Positions 48,678 through 57,946 of a stretch of 64,000 nt of DNA are shown here, in pieces. Within the stretch, counting starts at the first letter, position 1; each line of letters starts with the position of its first letter. Source of the stretch: an uncultured Gammaproteobacteria bacterium (GTDB lineage: Bacteria > Patescibacteriota > Microgenomatia > CAYGWK01); contig CAYGWK010000003.1 of assembly GCA_964353785.1 (NCBI GenBank), forward strand, positions 17,303 through 81,302. The letters are read 5' to 3'. Below the pieces are notes generated by a model. It worked only from the letters and a program-made list of their open reading frames with translations, was not told where the DNA came from and did no database searches. The position numbers and the translations under genes were made by a program.

Positions 48678-50117
48678 TTAATACGCTTGGGCGAAAAGCC
48701 AGCGGCAAGAAGCATCTTTGCCACAATAAATGCACTTTCCTTTTTCTTTTTGAGAATCTTTGGGTAAAAGACGAATACTTGCCTTGGTTTCTTCTTTAAT
48801 TTTTTCTTCGCATTTCGAGTCCTCACACCAAAAAGCCAAAATTGCTCCCCGTTTTTCTTTCATAATTTCCTTAAATTCCTGATAATCCCAAACTTCATGG
48901 GTATTTTCTTGCAAAAATTTTTCTGCATTTTGTAAAAGGTCTTTTTGCATTTTCCCTAAGATGCTTTCAACTTTTTCCCCAACATCTTCTAAAGAAGTTT
49001 CTTCTTTTGAAATTTTCACTTTTCCCTGTTTTACTTCCTCTGGTCCAACTGGAATAATTAAGGAAATCCCTTTTATCTCGGCCTCATTTGCTTTCCAGCC
49101 AAAAGTTTGTTCTTGGTCGTCCCAAACCTCAACCGCCCCAGGAAATTCGCTTCCTTTTTTCTCCTCAATTTTTTCTTTGACTTTTTGAGCAAAAACCAAA
49201 ACTTCTTTATCATCCTTCCCAAATATAGGAATAATCACCACCTTAACCGGAGCCACTTTAGGAGGAAAAACCAAGCCATTATCATCTCCGTGAGCCATAA
49301 TCAAGGCCCCGATTGAACGGGTGGAAAATCCCCAGCAAGTCTGCCAGACATACTCAAGCCTACCTTTTTTGTCTTGAAATTGAATCTTGAAGGGCTTTGA
49401 GAAATTCTGGCCTAAATCATGAGAAGTGCATCCTTGAAGAACTTTGCCGTCAGGCATAAGCATCTCGTAAGCATAGGTATCAACTGCTCCGGGAAATTTT
49501 TCTGTTTCTGATTTTTTGCCCATAAAACCAGGAAGAGCCAGATATTCTTGATAAAGCTTGGCATACGTATTTAAAGCCCGCTCAACTTCCTTCTTTGCCT
49601 CATCCCAAGTGGCATGGCAAGTATGTCCTTCTTGCCATAAAAATTCAGTTGTCCGCAAAAATAGATAAGTTCTTTTTTCCCAGCGAACAATGTTACACCA
49701 CTGATTAAGCCGCAAAGGCAAATCTCGCCAAGAGGAAATCCATTTAGAAAACATTGAATAAATAACTGTTTCTGAAGTTGGTCTGATGACCAGTTTTTCC
49801 CCAAGTTCTTCTCCACCACCAATAGTGACCACGGCCAACTCTGGGGAAAAACCTTTGACATGTTCTTTTTCTTTTTTAAGAAAACTTTCGGGAATAAAAA
49901 GAGGAAAATAGGCATTGGGAATTCCGGCAGATTTAATCATTCCATCTAGGGCTTTTTGGATATTCTCCCATAAAGCATAACCATAAGGCCGAATAACCAT
50001 GCAACCTTTAACCGGAGCATAATCAGCCAGTTCGGCCTTCAAAATTACATCAGTGTACCAGCGCGAGAAATCTTTTGATTTTTTGGTGATCTCTTTTTTT
50101 TCAAATTTTTCTTCCAT
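48678..50117 (-). CDS. proS: Proline--tRNA ligase (archaeal/eukaryote-like class II form)
   Basis: 479 aa; N-terminus ...FSRWYTDVILKAELADYAPVKGCMVIRPYGYALWE; C-terminal zinc-binding domain CIYCGK. Confidence 0.85.
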   Translation of the reverse strand: MEEKFEKKEITKKSKDFSRWYTDVILKAELADYAPVKGCMVIRPYGYALWENIQKALDGMIKSAGIPNAYFPLFIPESFLKKEKEHVKGFSPELAVVTIGGGEELGEKLVIRPTSETVIYSMFSKWISSWRDLPLRLNQWCNIVRWEKRTYLFLRTTEFLWQEGHTCHATWDEAKKEVERALNTYAKLYQEYLALPGFMGKKSETEKFPGAVDTYAYEMLMPDGKVLQGCTSHDLGQNFSKPFKIQFQDKKGRLEYVWQTCWGFSTRSIGALIMAHGDDNGLVFPPKVAPVKVVIIPIFGKDDKEVLVFAQKVKEKIEEKKGSEFPGAVEVWDDQEQTFGWKANEAEIKGISLIIPVGPEEVKQGKVKISKEETSLEDVGEKVESILGKMQKDLLQNAEKFLQENTHEVWDYQEFKEIMKEKRGAILAFWCEDSKCEEKIKEETKASIRLLPKDSQKEKGKCIYCGKDASCRWLFAQAY

Positions 50118-50235
50118 TGAATTGATTATATGAAGAAAATTTTAAAGAAGCAAATTTCAGCCCCGTAGAACCTTACCGTTCGCCTTTTCAGTATTATTCA
50201 TACACGGCTCACGGAGCGGTTTTAACGGGGTAAAC

Positions 50236-50284
50236 AAAAAAAGACCCCAGTTGAAAATGCTTTTCAGCAAATCCCCAACTGGGG
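50236..50284 (-). terminator. Rho-independent terminator downstream of the Cys-rich small ORF
   Basis: Minus-strand CCCCAGUUG ... CAACUGGGG stem (inner GCUGAAAAGCA sub-hairpin) followed by U7. Confidence 0.55.
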
Positions 50285-50295
50285 CCCTTCGCACC

Positions 50296-50487
50296 CTATG
50301 CCAAAATTGTTCCCTTAATACTCCCTCCATTTCTTTCAAGTATATTGTTTACTTCTTCTCTCTCGGATCGAACTACGACGGAGCAGTAATCAGCAGCCCA
50401 GCATCCTGCACAGCGAATAGGCGAAGCACCTCCGTATGGACAACTTCTTGGCCTGATTCTTCTTCTGTGTTTCTTTTCTTTATTCAT
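50296..50487 (-). CDS. Hypothetical 63-aa basic Cys-rich protein (C-x9-C-x2-C-x5-C)
   Basis: MNKEKKHRRRIRPRSCPYGGASPIRCAGCWAADYCS.... Followed by a clean terminator. Lies in an insert between rseP and proS. Confidence 0.35.
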   Translation of the reverse strand: MNKEKKHRRRIRPRSCPYGGASPIRCAGCWAADYCSVVVRSEREEVNNILERNGGSIKGTILA

Positions 50488-50847
50488 TTTACTACTCCTT
50501 GTTAAATTTATTTGGCTAAAAGGTGCGAAAACAAAAAAGCCTAAGATTTAAGCAATATAAATCCAGGCTGAATTTTCTGAATAAAGTATATCAAGAATTT
50601 TTCTCAAAGTCAACTCTATGGGCTTTTTCCACGAAAAAGCCCCACTGTTTATAAAATCCCTATTCATCGGGAAAACCCAGCGGGGCTCGCAATACGAAGC
50701 AGGAAAGTCATTTTTATCTCCTCCCAGCCAAAGCTGAAAAGGGAATCAATCCCCTATTTTTTTACGGTAGCCGGGGTATTCTACCAACCGTCTTTTGGAT
50801 TTTGGGTCTTCACCCATAGAGGCGCGGAGTCCTCCCTGAGCCTTGCG

Positions 50848-51453
50848 TTATTTAACCGTGATCTCCATGAATTTAAAGATCGCAGATGTGATCTCCTCTG
50901 GGGTGTATTCATGCCGGTCGGTCAGACGCGGCAACCCCGAGACCTGGAGGATAATGATGCTATCTCCAGGATTCAAGGAAATCTGTGGGGGTGTCTCTGG
51001 GATTTCAACTTCAATCCTGTATTTAACCCTCAACGCGTCGATTGTGCTCTGATGCGAAGGGTTCAGACATACCTCCACGCCGGCAGAGATGGCCCTTTTG
51101 ACCTCTTCGATAGCCAAGTCTTCCTTGACCATCTCCACTTTCCCCGACGGCAACATTGAAGCGGAAAATGCAAGACCAAGGAAAGTTTTCGCCTGTTGAT
51201 TGAGGTGAATACGGTAAAGAGATCCACCTCCAAGATTGGGCCATCCTTCAGGGAGTTCCCTTTGGTCAAACTTCCGCCGACCTGCTTCTGGCAATTGGCG
51301 GCGAATTTGACGCTCAACCACTCGCTCAAACTCTTGCCCTGTGACTTGTCTTGGAACATGACCCCAAAACCATAGCGGGCCATATTCCCCATCGGGTAGT
51401 CTGTTTCTTCCTTCCCAACGGCCGGAACCTCCTCTAAGAACTTCGATCTCCAT
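50848..51453 (-). CDS. Hypothetical 201-aa protein, compositionally distinct (~50% GC)
   Basis: Long ORF with markedly higher GC than the genome. Located between rseP and proS, where conserved synteny normally has no such gene. Confidence 0.5.
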   Translation of the reverse strand: MEIEVLRGGSGRWEGRNRLPDGEYGPLWFWGHVPRQVTGQEFERVVERQIRRQLPEAGRRKFDQRELPEGWPNLGGGSLYRIHLNQQAKTFLGLAFSASMLPSGKVEMVKEDLAIEEVKRAISAGVEVCLNPSHQSTIDALRVKYRIEVEIPETPPQISLNPGDSIIILQVSGLPRLTDRHEYTPEEITSAIFKFMEITVK

Positions 51454-51816
51454 CTTCCCTCTCCTTCAAAAATTTATTCTGCTTTTGAGAGCAGTTCTTT
51501 AGATACTTCCAGAGAAATACCCAAAGTGCTGCTCTCAAGCAGAACTTAAAGGAGAAATTTACTTTCCTGCTTATGTCAACGTGCTTCAAGCATCCTTCTC
51601 CTGCCTCATCAAGCAATAAAAAATGGGCAGAAGAAAAGAAGACTTGATTTTAAAATGTGGCAAAATTATAGCACAAAATCCTTAAGAAGTCAAGTCTATA
51701 GGATGAAATATAGATATTGAGAGATTGAGAAATTAAGATATTAAGTAATTAACTAAGTTTTGCTCGGAAATATCGCCTCACGCGAGGTTCAACCTCGTTC
51801 GTCTGGAAATATCCGC

Positions 51817-52998
51817 TCAGAATGGCAAGAGGGATTTGAGGTGGGCGACAAAGCCTGAAGAGGATAAAATTCTAACAATATCATTAATTGTTACCAAAAG
51901 AATTAAAAATAGCAAGAATACCATCCCGACAGTGTGGGCCCAGCGTTCAAATCGAGCATGAGAACGTTTGCCGGTAATTGCTTCAATTCCTAAAAACAAA
52001 AGTCTTCCCCCATCCAAAGCCGGTAAAGGCAAAATATTTATAACCGCCAAATTAACTGAAAGAATTCCCAAAAACTGCAAGACCGATAAAATTCCAGTTT
52101 TGGCTACGTAACCTGTTATCTGAAAAATCCCCACTGGTCCAGCCACATCTTTGGGAACAGTTCCGAATCTTATAAGTTGCCAAAGCATCGCCCCCAGGGC
52201 GCCAACAATCATTCCTGTCCAAGCAAAAGCTTCTTTAAATCCCTCAATCACTCCTTTGGGAATCATAAGCCACAGAGGATAAAATTTCATCTCTACTTGA
52301 GAAATGGCGACTCCCAAAGGTCCTTCTCCTTCTGGCGGCGCTTCTCTTGGAACAATTGTTAAAACCAAATTTTCTCCTTTGCAGGAAATCTCAAGTCCCG
52401 GCCAGGCGCCCAAAACGCCTTCTTTACAAGGATTTTCTTTTTCCCGGCTAATTTCCAAAGTCATCGGCTTGCCAGCATATTTTTGGGTAATCTCCACAAA
52501 ACTTTCAGTATTTTTAATTTCCTCCCCACCAGCCGAAAGAGCGATATCGTCTTCTTTAAGTCCCGCTTCTTGGGCCGGAGAACCAGGAGCAACACCAACA
52601 ATTGTTACCTTATCAGTCTTTGTTGGAATACCAAGTTTGGCGTAAATGGCGGAAAAAGCAAAAACCGCCAATAAAAAGTTCATTATGACACCTGAAACAA
52701 TTACTGCCAACCTGACCTTTTTTGATTTTTGCCAAAACATTCCCTCCTTGCCCTCCGAAGCCTTGGCGAAGGAGGGATCCGTGTCTTCCCCCGCTAATTT
52801 GACAAACCCGCCAATCGGCAAAGCGTTAAGAGAATAAACTGTTTCACCAATCTTTTTAGCAAAAATTCTTGGAGGAAGCCCAAAACCAAATTCCTCAACC
52901 CCAATTCCGGTTTTTTTTGCCAGCAAAAAATGCCCAAATTCATGGACAAAAACCAAAATAGAAAGAATAATTAAAAAAGTGATAATTGTTAAAAGCAT
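51817..52998 (-). CDS. rseP: RIP site-2 zinc metalloprotease RseP
   Basis: 393 aa; HEFGHFLLAK at the N-terminus, PDZ domain, C-terminal TM helices. Confidence 0.9.
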   Translation of the reverse strand: MLLTIITFLIILSILVFVHEFGHFLLAKKTGIGVEEFGFGLPPRIFAKKIGETVYSLNALPIGGFVKLAGEDTDPSFAKASEGKEGMFWQKSKKVRLAVIVSGVIMNFLLAVFAFSAIYAKLGIPTKTDKVTIVGVAPGSPAQEAGLKEDDIALSAGGEEIKNTESFVEITQKYAGKPMTLEISREKENPCKEGVLGAWPGLEISCKGENLVLTIVPREAPPEGEGPLGVAISQVEMKFYPLWLMIPKGVIEGFKEAFAWTGMIVGALGAMLWQLIRFGTVPKDVAGPVGIFQITGYVAKTGILSVLQFLGILSVNLAVINILPLPALDGGRLLFLGIEAITGKRSHARFERWAHTVGMVFLLFLILLVTINDIVRILSSSGFVAHLKSLLPF

Positions 52999-53000
52999 GG

Positions 53001-53600
53001 TTATACCGCCAGAAGCTCTGCTTCTTTCTTCTTCCCCATCTCTTCAATTTTTCCCACAAATTCATCAGTTTCTTTTTGTAAATCTTGCTCTAAACGAAAT
53101 TTTTCATCCTCATTTAGTTCTTTGGCTTCAAAAGCTCTTTTAATATCAATCATTTTGTCGTGGCGAATTTGCCTAATCATAATTTTGCCATTCTCAAGTT
53201 GCTGATGAAGAAGCTTGATAAACTCTTGGCGTCTTTCTTGCGATAAAGGCGGGATTTGAATTCTGACTATTTCTCCATCAATAATTGGGGTTAAACCAAC
53301 ATTGGCTTTCTCAATCCCCTGGCGGATTTCGCCAATAATTGAGACATCAAAAGGTTGAATGGTAACTCTCCCGGGGTCAGGAGTGGAGATGGTTCCAAGT
53401 TCGACCACTTTTAAATTCTGGGTTCCCCCATAAACTGAACAGACAATATTTTCAACTAAAGAAGGAGTGGCCCGACCGGTGTGAATTGAAGAAATTTCCG
53501 CTCGGACAATTTCAAGAGCCTTTTCCATCCTTGAAGAAATATCAGATAAATCAATTGCCATAACTTTAGAAATTATATCACCAAGAGGAAAAATGGGCAA
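53001..53600 (-). CDS. frr: Ribosome recycling factor
   Basis: 199 aa; typical RRF sequence throughout. Confidence 0.9.
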   Translation of the reverse strand: MPIFPLGDIISKVMAIDLSDISSRMEKALEIVRAEISSIHTGRATPSLVENIVCSVYGGTQNLKVVELGTISTPDPGRVTIQPFDVSIIGEIRQGIEKANVGLTPIIDGEIVRIQIPPLSQERRQEFIKLLHQQLENGKIMIRQIRHDKMIDIKRAFEAKELNEDEKFRLEQDLQKETDEFVGKIEEMGKKKEAELLAV

Positions 53601-53675
53601 AAAAAGAGAGGGGGTTGCGACTTACATAGAGATTACGGTCTCTACCGCACAACCCCATCGGGCCTTCCTTTTATT

Positions 53676-54050
53676 TTATCTTCTTCCTCCTTTTGCTGTT
53701 TTTTTGCTGTTTTGGTCGCGTAGATTTTGGCAACCAATGCATGTCGTTGCCTCTGGTAGGGCCATTAACCGTCGAGGGTCGATTTCCCCACCGCAATCTT
53801 CGCAGATGCCATAGTTGCCGTTTTCGATCGCGTCTAGACCCGCTTCGCATTGAGCAATTGTGGTCATATCTGCCTGGAGTGTAGCGAACGCCATCGGATC
53901 TGAGCTAGGGACCAACCTGTCATCGGTGCTAACATGAACCTCGAGGGACGACTCGCCAACTCTCTTTGTTCTACTCCTGGCCAAAGCCAGCGTCTGCTCT
54001 ATTTGCTCTCTTGCTAAATCAGGAGAAACACCCCCGGGAGTGTCTGGCAT
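53676..54050 (-). CDS. DksA/TraR-family C4 zinc-finger protein, GC-rich paralog inserted between tsf and frr
   Basis: 124 aa; YGICEDCGGEIDPRRLMALPEATTCIGC. About 52% GC. Occupies the position where pyrH usually sits. Confidence 0.6.
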   Translation of the reverse strand: MPDTPGGVSPDLAREQIEQTLALARSRTKRVGESSLEVHVSTDDRLVPSSDPMAFATLQADMTTIAQCEAGLDAIENGNYGICEDCGGEIDPRRLMALPEATTCIGCQNLRDQNSKKTAKGGRR

Positions 54051-54216
54051 TCTATGTTCTCCTTCTGCAGAATTTTGAGAGTGGACTAAATCCTAAATCC
54101 GCATCACCCCTTTCTCTTTACTTTTTAAAGGTCTGACAGAAACAGAGAGATTCTCTCGCTTTTGAAAGTTCCTCCTTTCTGTGTATTTTGGAAAGCCAAA
54201 GAAGATTATATCAGAA

Positions 54217-54681
54217 TTATTCTCCTAAAACAAATCTCTCAAGCCGAGAAATTTTGATATTTTCCCCAAATTGGGCGATTTTTTCTTTGAGTAAATCAGA
54301 AATTTTTTTAGTTTCATCCCGAATCCAGGACTGCTCCAGGAGTTCTTCGATATTTTTTGGGTTCATGGCCGCTACTTGCAAAGCCAGTTCATGAACAAAA
54401 TTTTTAAAATCCTCGTTCCTGGCGACAAAATCAGTCTCGCATAAAACCTCTACCAAAACTCCAATTTTCCCATCTGTATGAGTATAGGCTTCAACTAGTC
54501 CAGCCCCGACTTTTCTTTGCGATTTTTTATCCGCTTTTTCAAGCCCTTTTGCCTTAAGCCATTCTTTGGCTTTTTTCTCACTCCCTTCGTATTTTTCCAA
54601 AGCAATTCGGCACTCCATAATCGGAGCCCCAGTCTCCTCTCTTAGTTTTTTAACTTGGTCAATGGTTATTTTCGTTTGCAT
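54217..54681 (-). CDS. tsf: Elongation factor Ts (short form)
   Basis: 154 aa; ITIDQVKKLREETGAPIMECRIALE. Confidence 0.85.
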   Translation of the reverse strand: MQTKITIDQVKKLREETGAPIMECRIALEKYEGSEKKAKEWLKAKGLEKADKKSQRKVGAGLVEAYTHTDGKIGVLVEVLCETDFVARNEDFKNFVHELALQVAAMNPKNIEELLEQSWIRDETKKISDLLKEKIAQFGENIKISRLERFVLGE

Positions 54682-55340
54682 GCATCTCCTATTACTCCCA
54701 CAATCAGTTCAATTGATTTTTGGGCATCATCATTTCCAGGTATAACATAGTCTACCAAATCTGGGTCAGAATTGGTATCAACAATCCCGACTACTGGAAT
54801 TTCTTTTCGACTTGCTTCCTGAACTGCGCCGGCCTCGGTTTTAACATCAACCACAAAAAGAGCCTCGGGTAATTTCTCAAGAGAGGTTAGTCCACCAAAA
54901 AATTTCTCTAAACGAACAATCTCTCGGTCAATCAATAAATTTTCTTTTTTTGTATACTCTTTATATTTGCTTTCTTCCTTTTCTTTTTTCAAAGTTTCAA
55001 GTTTCTCAAGCGATTTTTGAATTTGCTCAAAATTCGTCAATGTTCCTCCAAGCCAACGTTCGGAAACATAGGGCATCCCTGCCTTTTTGGCGGTTTTTTC
55101 AATAATTTCTTTTGCTTGTCTTTTAGTGCCGACAAAAAGAATCTTTTTTCCTTGGCTCGCCGTAGCTTTAACAAAAGCGCAGGCGGCCTCTAGTCCTTCT
55201 TTGGTTTTTACCAAGTCAAAAATATGAATCCCTTCCCTGGCCTCAAAAATATAGGGCTTCATCTTCGGATTCCACCTAACAGTCTGGTGTCCAAAATGAC
55301 ACCCTGCTTCAAGAAGTTCTTTTAAGGTAATCTTTTTCAT
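54666..55340 (-). CDS. rpsB: 30S ribosomal protein S2
   Basis: 224 aa; LLEAGCHFGHQTVRWNPKM. Confidence 0.9.
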   Translation of the reverse strand: MKKITLKELLEAGCHFGHQTVRWNPKMKPYIFEAREGIHIFDLVKTKEGLEAACAFVKATASQGKKILFVGTKRQAKEIIEKTAKKAGMPYVSERWLGGTLTNFEQIQKSLEKLETLKKEKEESKYKEYTKKENLLIDREIVRLEKFFGGLTSLEKLPEALFVVDVKTEAGAVQEASRKEIPVVGIVDTNSDPDLVDYVIPGNDDAQKSIELIVGVIGDACKRK

Positions 55341-55432
55341 TTGAGACTACTCCTTTATTCCGCCATCCGACCGAAGAACTCAAGGAGTCTGTCGGATGTG
55401 TGTAATTTGAAAAATTATAACAAAACTTTATC

Positions 55433-55993
55433 TTAAAAGCAAGACAAAATTTTCTCGATTTCTTCTTTGAATTTTTCCACAAATTTTTCATCTTTGACTT
55501 GAGAAAGATTTATTCTGACATTTTCCAGGGCTCCATAAATTGCCGCGGTTGCCAGTTCAATTCCGCATCTGGCGTCAGAAACCGCGTTTTGATTTCCTTT
55601 GGCAGCCACAAATGAAGCCAGGCGCAAAACTTCAAGCGATTTTTTGGCCGTTTCCAGCGGAACTTCGGCGGCATTCTTTAGGGCTTCCTGTATCTTCTTG
55701 TTCCTTGTCTCTTGTTGCTCTTCCTCTTCTTTTGGTAATCGATAAGCCTTAACCACTTCATTGTATGCTTGACAATCTTTATCTGAAAGTTCTAATAATT
55801 CACTTCTTAATTTGTCTGCTTTTTGAGTGATTTTTGAAACCTCTAGGTTTTCTTTTGTTAATCTGGCAACTTTTCCAACCAAGGCCGCTCCCATTGCTCC
55901 CGCCAACGCCGCACTTGCTCCTCCGCCAGGTGTCGGCGCCTTTGAAGAAACTTCTTCTAAAAATTTCTTTATTTTTTGCTCTCGAATTATCAT
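55433..55993 (-). CDS. Formiminotetrahydrofolate cyclodeaminase-like protein (FtcD C-terminal domain homolog)
   Basis: Start taken at MIIREQKIKK (ATG 55993). The longer track ORF (to 56155) reads through the RNA-like element. TPGGGASAALAGAMGAAL motif. Confidence 0.7.
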   Translation of the reverse strand: MIIREQKIKKFLEEVSSKAPTPGGGASAALAGAMGAALVGKVARLTKENLEVSKITQKADKLRSELLELSDKDCQAYNEVVKAYRLPKEEEEQQETRNKKIQEALKNAAEVPLETAKKSLEVLRLASFVAAKGNQNAVSDARCGIELATAAIYGALENVRINLSQVKDEKFVEKFKEEIEKILSCF

Positions 55994-56008
55994 ATATTGA
56001 TATATGAT
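55989..56008. promoter_or_regulatory. AT-rich palindrome ATCATATATTGATATATGAT overlapping the cyclodeaminase start codon
   Basis: Differs at one position from the perfect palindrome found upstream of the TrpR-like gene at 12548..12567. Confidence 0.4.
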
Positions 56009-56011
56009 GTC

Positions 56012-56176
56012 AGTAATGGATGGCGAGGGAACAATTTTTGCGCAGGATTTATGTGGCAAGCCGCGACCCAACCGGAACACAACTTGAGTTTCAAATAACC
56101 TAGTCGCGAGCTGGTCCCGCACCAATTTTGGTGCGGGAGCCATCTCTAAATCCAAGCAATAAATTCGTTCCCGAGC
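56012..56176 (-). ncRNA. Paralog 3 of the unidentified structured RNA-like element
   Basis: Terminal helix GGC-GAG-GGAAC-AATTT / AAATT-C-GTTCC-CGA-GCC (compensatory versus paralog 2). Internal hairpin CCCGCACCAA-TT-TTGGTGCGGG is longer than but nested on that of paralog 2. Starts 7 nt after the formiminotransferase stop. Confidence 0.5.
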
Positions 56177-56183
56177 CAGCCTC

Positions 56184-57137
56184 CTAAAGTCTGTTTTCTA
56201 AGACCTGCTCGTTTTTAAAGTCAATTAATTGTAATTCTTCCAAATTTATTCCTCCCAAGGCTTTTTTTGGAACCATGCCATAGATTTCTGAACCCAAAAC
56301 CTTAACTCCTCTTTTCCCCGCTTCCTCTTTAATTTTTCGGAAAACTTTGTCCATATTTGTCTTCTCAAAATCACATAAATTCATGGAAACTTGAACATAG
56401 CCTTTATTGCGGAGCAACAAGCTCTGCTTATCTTTAATTTCAAAACCCAAAGCCTTAATCGCCGGAAAACCGCCATCTTTTTCCCGAACAATTTTGGCTA
56501 AATCTTTGGCAATTTGAACATCTTTGGTATCTAAATTAACATTGTAGGCAATTAAAAATTTCCTCGCCCCCACCACCATTGCTCCGGCTGTGGGATGCAT
56601 TTTTTGCGGACCAAAATCAGGTTTTCTTTCTGGATTTGTCTGGATTTCAGATTTTAGCCCCTCGTACTCGCCTCGTCTGACATCTGCCAAATTAACTCTA
56701 TCAGGTCTGGTGGCGGCCGCCTCATATAGGAAAACTGGAATTTTCAATTCCTGGCCAATTTTTTTTCCTAATCTTTTTGCCAATGCAACACACTCTTCCA
56801 TGGAAACTCCAGAAACTGGAATAAAGGGAACAACATCAGTGGCCCCAATCCGGGGATGCTCACCTTGATGTTTTTCCATATCAATCAAGCGAGTAGCCAC
56901 TTTTATCATTTCCCAAACTGCCTGGAAAACCATCTCTGGTTCACCAACAATTGTGGTTAGCATCCGGTTATGGTCAGGGTCTGACTCAATATCCAAAATC
57001 TTAACCCGCCTAAATATTCCGCCAGAATTTTTGGCGGGTGAACTTTTCCCAGTCCGGGCGGCATCAACAATGGCTTTAATTTTTTCTTTATCTCGTCCCT
57101 CGGAAAAATTTGGAACACACTCAATAATTTTTTCCAT
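56184..57137 (-). CDS. Glutamate formimidoyltransferase (FtcD N-terminal domain homolog), with in-frame KQSLLLRNK insertion
   Basis: 317 aa; ECVPNFSEGRD N-terminus. 27-bp element at 56402..56428. Confidence 0.8.
   Translation of the reverse strand: MEKIIECVPNFSEGRDKEKIKAIVDAARTGKSSPAKNSGGIFRRVKILDIESDPDHNRMLTTIVGEPEMVFQAVWEMIKVATRLIDMEKHQGEHPRIGATDVVPFIPVSGVSMEECVALAKRLGKKIGQELKIPVFLYEAAATRPDRVNLADVRRGEYEGLKSEIQTNPERKPDFGPQKMHPTAGAMVVGARKFLIAYNVNLDTKDVQIAKDLAKIVREKDGGFPAIKALGFEIKDKQSLLLRNKGYVQVSMNLCDFEKTNMDKVFRKIKEEAGKRGVKVLGSEIYGMVPKKALGGINLEELQLIDFKNEQVLENRL
56402..56428 (-). repeat. 27-bp dispersed element (sense on the minus strand), in-frame (KQSLLLRNK) inside the formiminotransferase gene
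   Basis: The minus-strand sequence is AAGCAGAGCTTGTTGCTCCGCAATAAA. Confidence 0.85.
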
Positions 57138-57153
57138 ATTGGGATATTATATA

Positions 57154-57744
57154 TTATTCACCAAACCGAAGCGAACAATCCCCTTGAAGAAGCATTAAAA
57201 GCATAATGCCATAGTTGGCTAAATCCAAAGCGGTATCAGGAATTTTCTCATCTTGGACTTTTCTTTTGTACCGTTTTTTGGAAAGTTGAGTCAGTCTCAA
57301 ATATTTATCACCAATGCGAACAACGAGTCCTGGAATTCCCCAAAAAAGAAAGGCACTGCCGTAATCTGCATTCTTGCGAACAAACGTAAATCGCATCTCC
57401 CGTATTAAGCGCCCCAGCGATTTTTCGTCGGAAATGTTCAAAAGGCGTGGCTGAAAAAAATTAAGGTGAAAGTTAACAGTATTTAAGACCATCAGTTCGG
57501 CAGTTTTCCGAATTTCATTTCGCAGACTCTTTTCGTTTCGTACTTTTTGGGCCTTAACCAGGAGGTTCGCAAGCTCTAAATAATTCTCTCTAACATTTTT
57601 TAAGGGATCATCATGGTTAAAATAAAAAATTTGCTTTTTACTTTCAGAAAAAATCCGCTCGACTATCTCATCCCAACTTTCCCGATTCTTTTTTTGAGAA
57701 ATCTTAATCGTTTTCTTTATTTTCTTCATTTTCTTAGAGTTCAC
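57154..57744 (-). CDS. Hypothetical protein (196 aa) at the end of the nucleotide-salvage cluster
   Basis: Long ORF co-directional with tmk. No motif recognised. Confidence 0.45.
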   Translation of the reverse strand: MNSKKMKKIKKTIKISQKKNRESWDEIVERIFSESKKQIFYFNHDDPLKNVRENYLELANLLVKAQKVRNEKSLRNEIRKTAELMVLNTVNFHLNFFQPRLLNISDEKSLGRLIREMRFTFVRKNADYGSAFLFWGIPGLVVRIGDKYLRLTQLSKKRYKRKVQDEKIPDTALDLANYGIMLLMLLQGDCSLRFGE

Positions 57745-57946
57745 AGATATTGATATCTTCAGGTTTCATTCCTGAGTTCAGCAGCTTGGCTGCTTTTTCT
57801 GCTTTCTCCGGATCATAGAAAAGTTGGTTACGCTCTCTAAAACTAACTATCCGCTCCCCATTATCGGTGTCAATAACGTGAGTATGTGTTTCAGTTTGTC
57901 CCTTTATGTGTCCCACTTGAAATCTCTCTCTTTCAATCTGTTTCAT
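57734..57946 (-). CDS. Hypothetical 70-aa protein
   Basis: Short ORF overlapping its neighbours by 4/11 nt (operon-like). Confidence 0.35.
   Translation of the reverse strand: MKQIERERFQVGHIKGQTETHTHVIDTDNGERIVSFRERNQLFYDPEKAEKAAKLLNSGMKPEDINICEL

Noticed and set aside
50150-50850. Search for tmRNA, RNase P RNA, SRP RNA and 6S RNA in the larger intergenic gaps (14438-15448, 42420-42554, 50488-50847, 51454-51816)
   Set aside because: None of the hallmark motifs were found by eye: GGAAAGUCCGG / GGUAAGAGCGCACC for RNase P, the ANDENYALAA tag with a CCACCA end for tmRNA, GGAAGCAGCC for SRP domain IV. Only a model-based scan could settle this.
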